DNA from: an uncultured Verrucomicrobiae bacterium
GTDB taxonomy: Bacteria > Verrucomicrobiota > Verrucomicrobiia > Chthoniobacterales > UBA10450
Length of the DNA: 64,000 nucleotides
NCBI GenBank assembly: GCA_963815455.1
Contig: CAWFGO010000001.1
Span: forward strand, 1,600,001-1,664,000
Direction: 5' to 3'
Under the pieces are notes generated by a model that did no database searches, was not told where the DNA came from, and saw only the letters and a program-made list of their open reading frames with translations. Positions 61,101-64,000 of the stretch are shown here, one piece after another (the first letter of the stretch is position 1; every line of letters begins with the position of its first letter). Made by a program: the position numbers and the translations under genes.

Positions 61101-61914
61101 CACTGGCGACGGAGCCGGTGGTCCGCCAGATGGCGATCCCGACTTTGCAATTTATTTGAGTTCCACGGGGACGGTCAATGTCTTTACGCCAATTGTCGTT
61201 AACCTGCATACAGGCGGGTCGGCCTCGTCTGGTCTGTTTACGAACGGCCTTTCCGCCGCCGTTGCCGACACCAACGCTTACAACAATAGCGCGGTAGGCA
61301 TGATGGTTAACGCTTCATCGCTCGCCGGTCCCGGCTACCCGGCCTTGGGCACTGCCGGGCATACCCTCTTCCAGTATCAAGTGGTCACCTTTGACCGCTC
61401 GAACAACGAAGTAGATGAGACGCCGGTGCTGACCTACGACCTGGCTAATCCAGGCCTGGAAGTGGAAAATTCCGCGGGTGTCGCCGGAGTTTCCAAGACG
61501 CCAGCTGGCGGCGCCTTCCTCGAGCCGTTCCTGTACGATGATCTGGCTACCAATTCGATTCCGGTAAATTACAACGGCACCAATTTCCAAAATAATGGGT
61601 CGCTCGGTGTCCTGTTGCTGCACATGCACAACGGAACGGGAAATCACGCCGATATGGTGGCCTTCCGCAAACCAACCGTTAGCGGATTTAGCCCAACCAG
61701 CGGCCATGCCGGCGCGCAGATCACCATCACTGGCTCGAACTTCGGGCCTGGGACGGCCGTAAGGTTCTTCAATAACCAGCCGGCATCGGTGAATGTGCTT
61801 ACCAGCAACACACTCGTGGCCACGGTACCAGCCGGCGCTGTGACCGGCCCAATTAGGGTCTCCAATGCAGCGGGCGGAGTAACCGCACCCGGGAACTTTA
61901 CCGTATTGCCGTAA
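58159..61914 (+). CDS. secreted S8 subtilase with prodomain, PA domain and C-terminal IPT/TIG domain
   Basis: IAVIDTG, NGHGT and NGTSSATPHVSG triad; IVIIDRG PA domain; PTVSGFSPTSG..ITITGSNF IPT. Confidence 0.93.
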   Translation: MKTSRTLISNRVFPSFASVGLFCLAISVAFTFAAPLPKGAANDVSGEPAGIPPNLQSGSDLKNSLAVMVELNGDPAAVTYAAALKEAQAQADAARNYALAHPKAKGSKKLLKQKPEAIRISAAAARQVQATVRQLDQEQQAIVNALTGRDIRATVLFRAQRAYNGIAVATSNDKIPAIVQIPGVKAVHLIVPKFATAAFSDIDFLATRPAWTTGPFGTHGENIKIAVIDTGLDYIHRNFGGSGSAADYASTGDTTPVPNPNYPTPKIPGGTDLVGDTYNADPNSPSYQPIPFPDNNPFDCNGHGTACSSLATGFGVTSAGFTYSGNYNGSSPDMSTLSISPGFAPNAKLYPVRVFGCAGSTDVVVSAIEWSMDPNGDGDFVDKMDVVSMSLGANEGFADDPDDVAASNAASIGILVCSAAGNAGDSYYIHSSPAAASGTLGIAATFNDQGGFIYDSNVTSNTAGGGGVGAMYFSTKGSDSSAIPAGGITGNLVYAVPPDANAPALTNAAQVAGNIVIIDRGATTFTDKVTKGLAAGAIAVIIDNFTNNPNAFVPILMSTAGQPPGVDVMISRTSRDTIVTASGGFDPVTGIPVNPVNVTINNDSGAQVIPALAVPDTIPAYSSRGPRLPDSAVKPDISAPAEVVGVANPFSGTGVSNFNGTSSATPHVSGIMALLRQLHPAWTVQELNGVICATANHDLFTTTAHTTQYGIGRIGAGRVDVAAAARSNVTAYNGTDPNLIGLSFGVVEAPADSSASVTKNIMVTNKGTSNVTYSVSYQDVTPVGGASFTLPGGPITVNAGTSMNVPVTFAVTGSLLKHGREDSVTATLGGNPRQWLTEKSGYAVFTDVGGVEPTLRVALYAAPKPASVMHSTITSVVPSQPNTGSFTINLSGSPVNTGPNLGNGFDILGLVKAFELQYASAFVGLPNAPTSPNDLKYVGVTSDYVNRGVATAATRVFWGIEGFGNAATPDFASSDKEIFVDTGDGAGGPPDGDPDFAIYLSSTGTVNVFTPIVVNLHTGGSASSGLFTNGLSAAVADTNAYNNSAVGMMVNASSLAGPGYPALGTAGHTLFQYQVVTFDRSNNEVDETPVLTYDLANPGLEVENSAGVAGVSKTPAGGAFLEPFLYDDLATNSIPVNYNGTNFQNNGSLGVLLLHMHNGTGNHADMVAFRKPTVSGFSPTSGHAGAQITITGSNFGPGTAVRFFNNQPASVNVLTSNTLVATVPAGAVTGPIRVSNAAGGVTAPGNFTVLP

Positions 61915-61938
61915 TTCAGCTGAAATGAGGATCAAACT

Positions 61939-62719
61939 ATGAAAGTCATGAAAAAAAATCTGTCAGCCGGAACGTTTGTTCTGATCGCCTTTGCCCTTTT
62001 TGCCCTTCCCGCGACTTCAAGTTGGGCAACTCTGGTCGAGGGCTTCGAATCCGGAGCGCTCGCTCCCGGGTCCACCGTCGGCGACGCCGGCATCCGGGCG
62101 CCAAATTATTTTGGGATCAATCCCACAGAAGGAACCCATCAGCTGTTGCTCACGACGATCAACAACACCAGCGATCCCGGATACACCAACCAGTCGGGCA
62201 CAAATGCGGTCTCAGTGACGGCGATTGCCGCTTTTCTTGGTATTCCTACGAGCAGCATTCGCGATGGCATTGTTGCCGGGCAGGAAGGCTCTGCGTTTAG
62301 GCTTAACCTGGGCTTTTTGAACGTGGGCGATGTAGTGACGTTTAACTACAACTTCCTCACCGACGAAGTTCAACCGGGCGCGCATAACGATTTCGCCTTT
62401 GTCTCGCTCAGCGGCATAGGTGGAAATACCCCCGTCGTCGCGGACACGTTTAGTACCTCTGTTTCCGACGACAGGGAGCGGCAATCCGTTTGTTCTGGAA
62501 ACCCACTATCAGACGTATACGATCAGCATCACTAGCGCCGGCACATATGTCCTGGCAATTGGTGTAGTCGATGGAACGACGACCGACAGCGCTCCTACGG
62601 CGCTACTGGTCGACAATATTCAAGTCATCCCGGTTCCAGAACCTTCGACCTTTGGCCTCGCCCTTGTAGGCGCGGGTCTCCTGGTCGCGCTGCGCAGGCG
62701 AATCAAGAGAACTTCGTAG
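61939..62719 (+). CDS. PEP-CTERM sorting-domain protein; frameshift near 62455
   Basis: Signal peptide in ORF 61939; VPEPSTFGLALVGAGLLVALRRR in ORF ending at 62719. Confidence 0.85.
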
Positions 62720-62745
62720 CCCGACGCCAACTGCAGTTCTGTAAA

Positions 62746-62775
62746 TGGGCCGGCCGCAACGCCGGCCCGTTTCCG
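62746..62775 (+). terminator. possible terminator hairpin
   Basis: gggccggc-cgcaac-gccggccc followed by a short T run. Confidence 0.45.
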
Positions 62776-62890
62776 TTACAGCGGTAACGCCCGTAAGTTG
62801 ACGCCTCGCGTAGTCGCGTCCATATTCTGCACTCTCAATTGTCGGGACAACCCCCGCGAGAAGTAACGCCCCGGTTGATTGGATTCTCTC

Positions 62891-64000
62891 ATGGATAAGA
62901 TCCGTAACATCGCCATTATTGCGCACGTCGATCACGGCAAGACCACGCTGGTTGATCAACTGCTGCGCCAGTCGGGCACTTTCCGTTCCAATCAAAAAGT
63001 CGAGGAGCGTGTGATGGATTCGATGGATTTGGAGCGCGAAAAAGGGATCACGATTCGGGCGAAGAACGCCTCCTTTCAGTGGAATGGTTACCGGGTCAAC
63101 ATCGTGGATACGCCGGGGCATGCCGATTTCGGCGGCGAAGTGGAGCGGATCATGAAAATGGTCGATGGCGTTTTGCTCGTTGTCGATGCTCACGATGGTC
63201 CACAGGCGCAAACGCGTTTCGTTTTGCGCAAGGCGTTGGAGAACAAGGCCAAGCCAATTGTAGTCATCAACAAGATCGACCGGGAAAATGCCCGTCCCCA
63301 CAAGGTGCTCGACATGGTCTTTGATCTGTTCGTGGAATTAAAAGCGACCGACGAGCAGCTCGATTTTCCGATTATTTACGCCAGCGCGAAAAATGGTTTC
63401 GCCATGCGCGAGCTGCACGACAACAACGAAGATTTGACTCCGTTGTTCGAGGCGATCGTGAAGCATGTCCCGCCGCCGACGGTTTCAACGGAACCTTATT
63501 TCCAGATGCTGGTCTCTAATCTCCACTACAGCGATTACCTTGGTCGTATCGCGATTGGGCGGATCGTGAGCGGCCGTGTGGCCGTGGGGGATTCCATGGT
63601 TTGCATTCATCGCGATGAACGCCGCGAACGGTCTACCGTGACGGCGCTTTTTACTTATGAAGGCCTGGAGGAGGTCGAAACAAAGCACGCCTCCGCCGGC
63701 GACATTATCGGGCTAACCGGCTTTGAAGAAGTTTACATCGGTGAAACACTGACGGATCGCGAGGAGCGCGCGCCTCTTCAGTTTGTCGATATCGATCCGC
63801 CAACGATCCGTATGCGCATCCTGGTGAACGATTCGCCTTTTGCCGGACGCGAAGGGAAGTTCGTCACCGCGCGGCACGTGCGCGAACGGCTGGTGCGCGA
63901 AACTCGGGCGAACGTTTCCCTCCAGATGAGCGATACGGAAGTAGCCGGCACTTTTGAAATCAACGCCCGTGGAGAAATGCAGATCGCCATACTGGTCGAG
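62891..64000 (+). CDS. typA: translational GTPase TypA/BipA (truncated by window end)
   Basis: [64 protein letters not shown]. Confidence 0.96.
   Translation, partial: MDKIRNIAIIAHVDHGKTTLVDQLLRQSGTFRSNQKVEERVMDSMDLEREKGITIRAKNASFQWNGYRVNIVDTPGHADFGGEVERIMKMVDGVLLVVDAHDGPQAQTRFVLRKALENKAKPIVVINKIDRENARPHKVLDMVFDLFVELKATDEQLDFPIIYASAKNGFAMRELHDNNEDLTPLFEAIVKHVPPPTVSTEPYFQMLVSNLHYSDYLGRIAIGRIVSGRVAVGDSMVCIHRDERRERSTVTALFTYEGLEEVETKHASAGDIIGLTGFEEVYIGETLTDREERAPLQFVDIDPPTIRMRILVNDSPFAGREGKFVTARHVRERLVRETRANVSLQMSDTEVAGTFEINARGEMQIAILVE

Noticed and set aside
62780..62890. Riboswitch or leader RNA upstream of typA (also considered 55060-55290)
   Set aside because: No recognisable aptamer consensus by eye; an Rfam/Infernal scan would be needed.

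Overview
GC-rich bacterial chromosome segment. The gene content (PEP-CTERM protein, DUF6600 protein, HTH-fused MBL hydrolase, long IspG) suggests Verrucomicrobiota, possibly Chthoniobacterales; this is an inference. The backbone is housekeeping: ruvC-lipB, rpmE-prfA-prmC-murA, nfo, accA, tdh/kbl, cdsA-dxr-rseP-ispG, typA. The best candidate for an undescribed system is a minus-strand peptide-export locus at 41.2-48.3 kb, lying between tdh and kbl. It encodes a PpiC-like protein, a C39-peptidase ABC transporter with two cNMP-binding domains, an HlyD adaptor, a sensor-less sigma-54 activator, and two small ORFs sharing a DLxP(K/R)x(N/D)xxGG double-glycine leader; one core is seven G(A/H)GVA pentapeptide repeats. 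No tailoring enzyme is present. Other points: a motif shared upstream of three genes around a PocR-AraC regulator; an esterase/ATP-grasp/GCS2 ligase/M29 peptidase cluster; a 34-bp duplication of the ispG 3' end bracketing a Cys-rich DUF6600 gene; several REP-like palindrome families, some inserted in frame in genes; and five small frameshifts that look like sequencing errors. I saw no rRNA, tRNA, CRISPR array, transposase or integrase. All family calls come from motif recognition by eye, without database searches.
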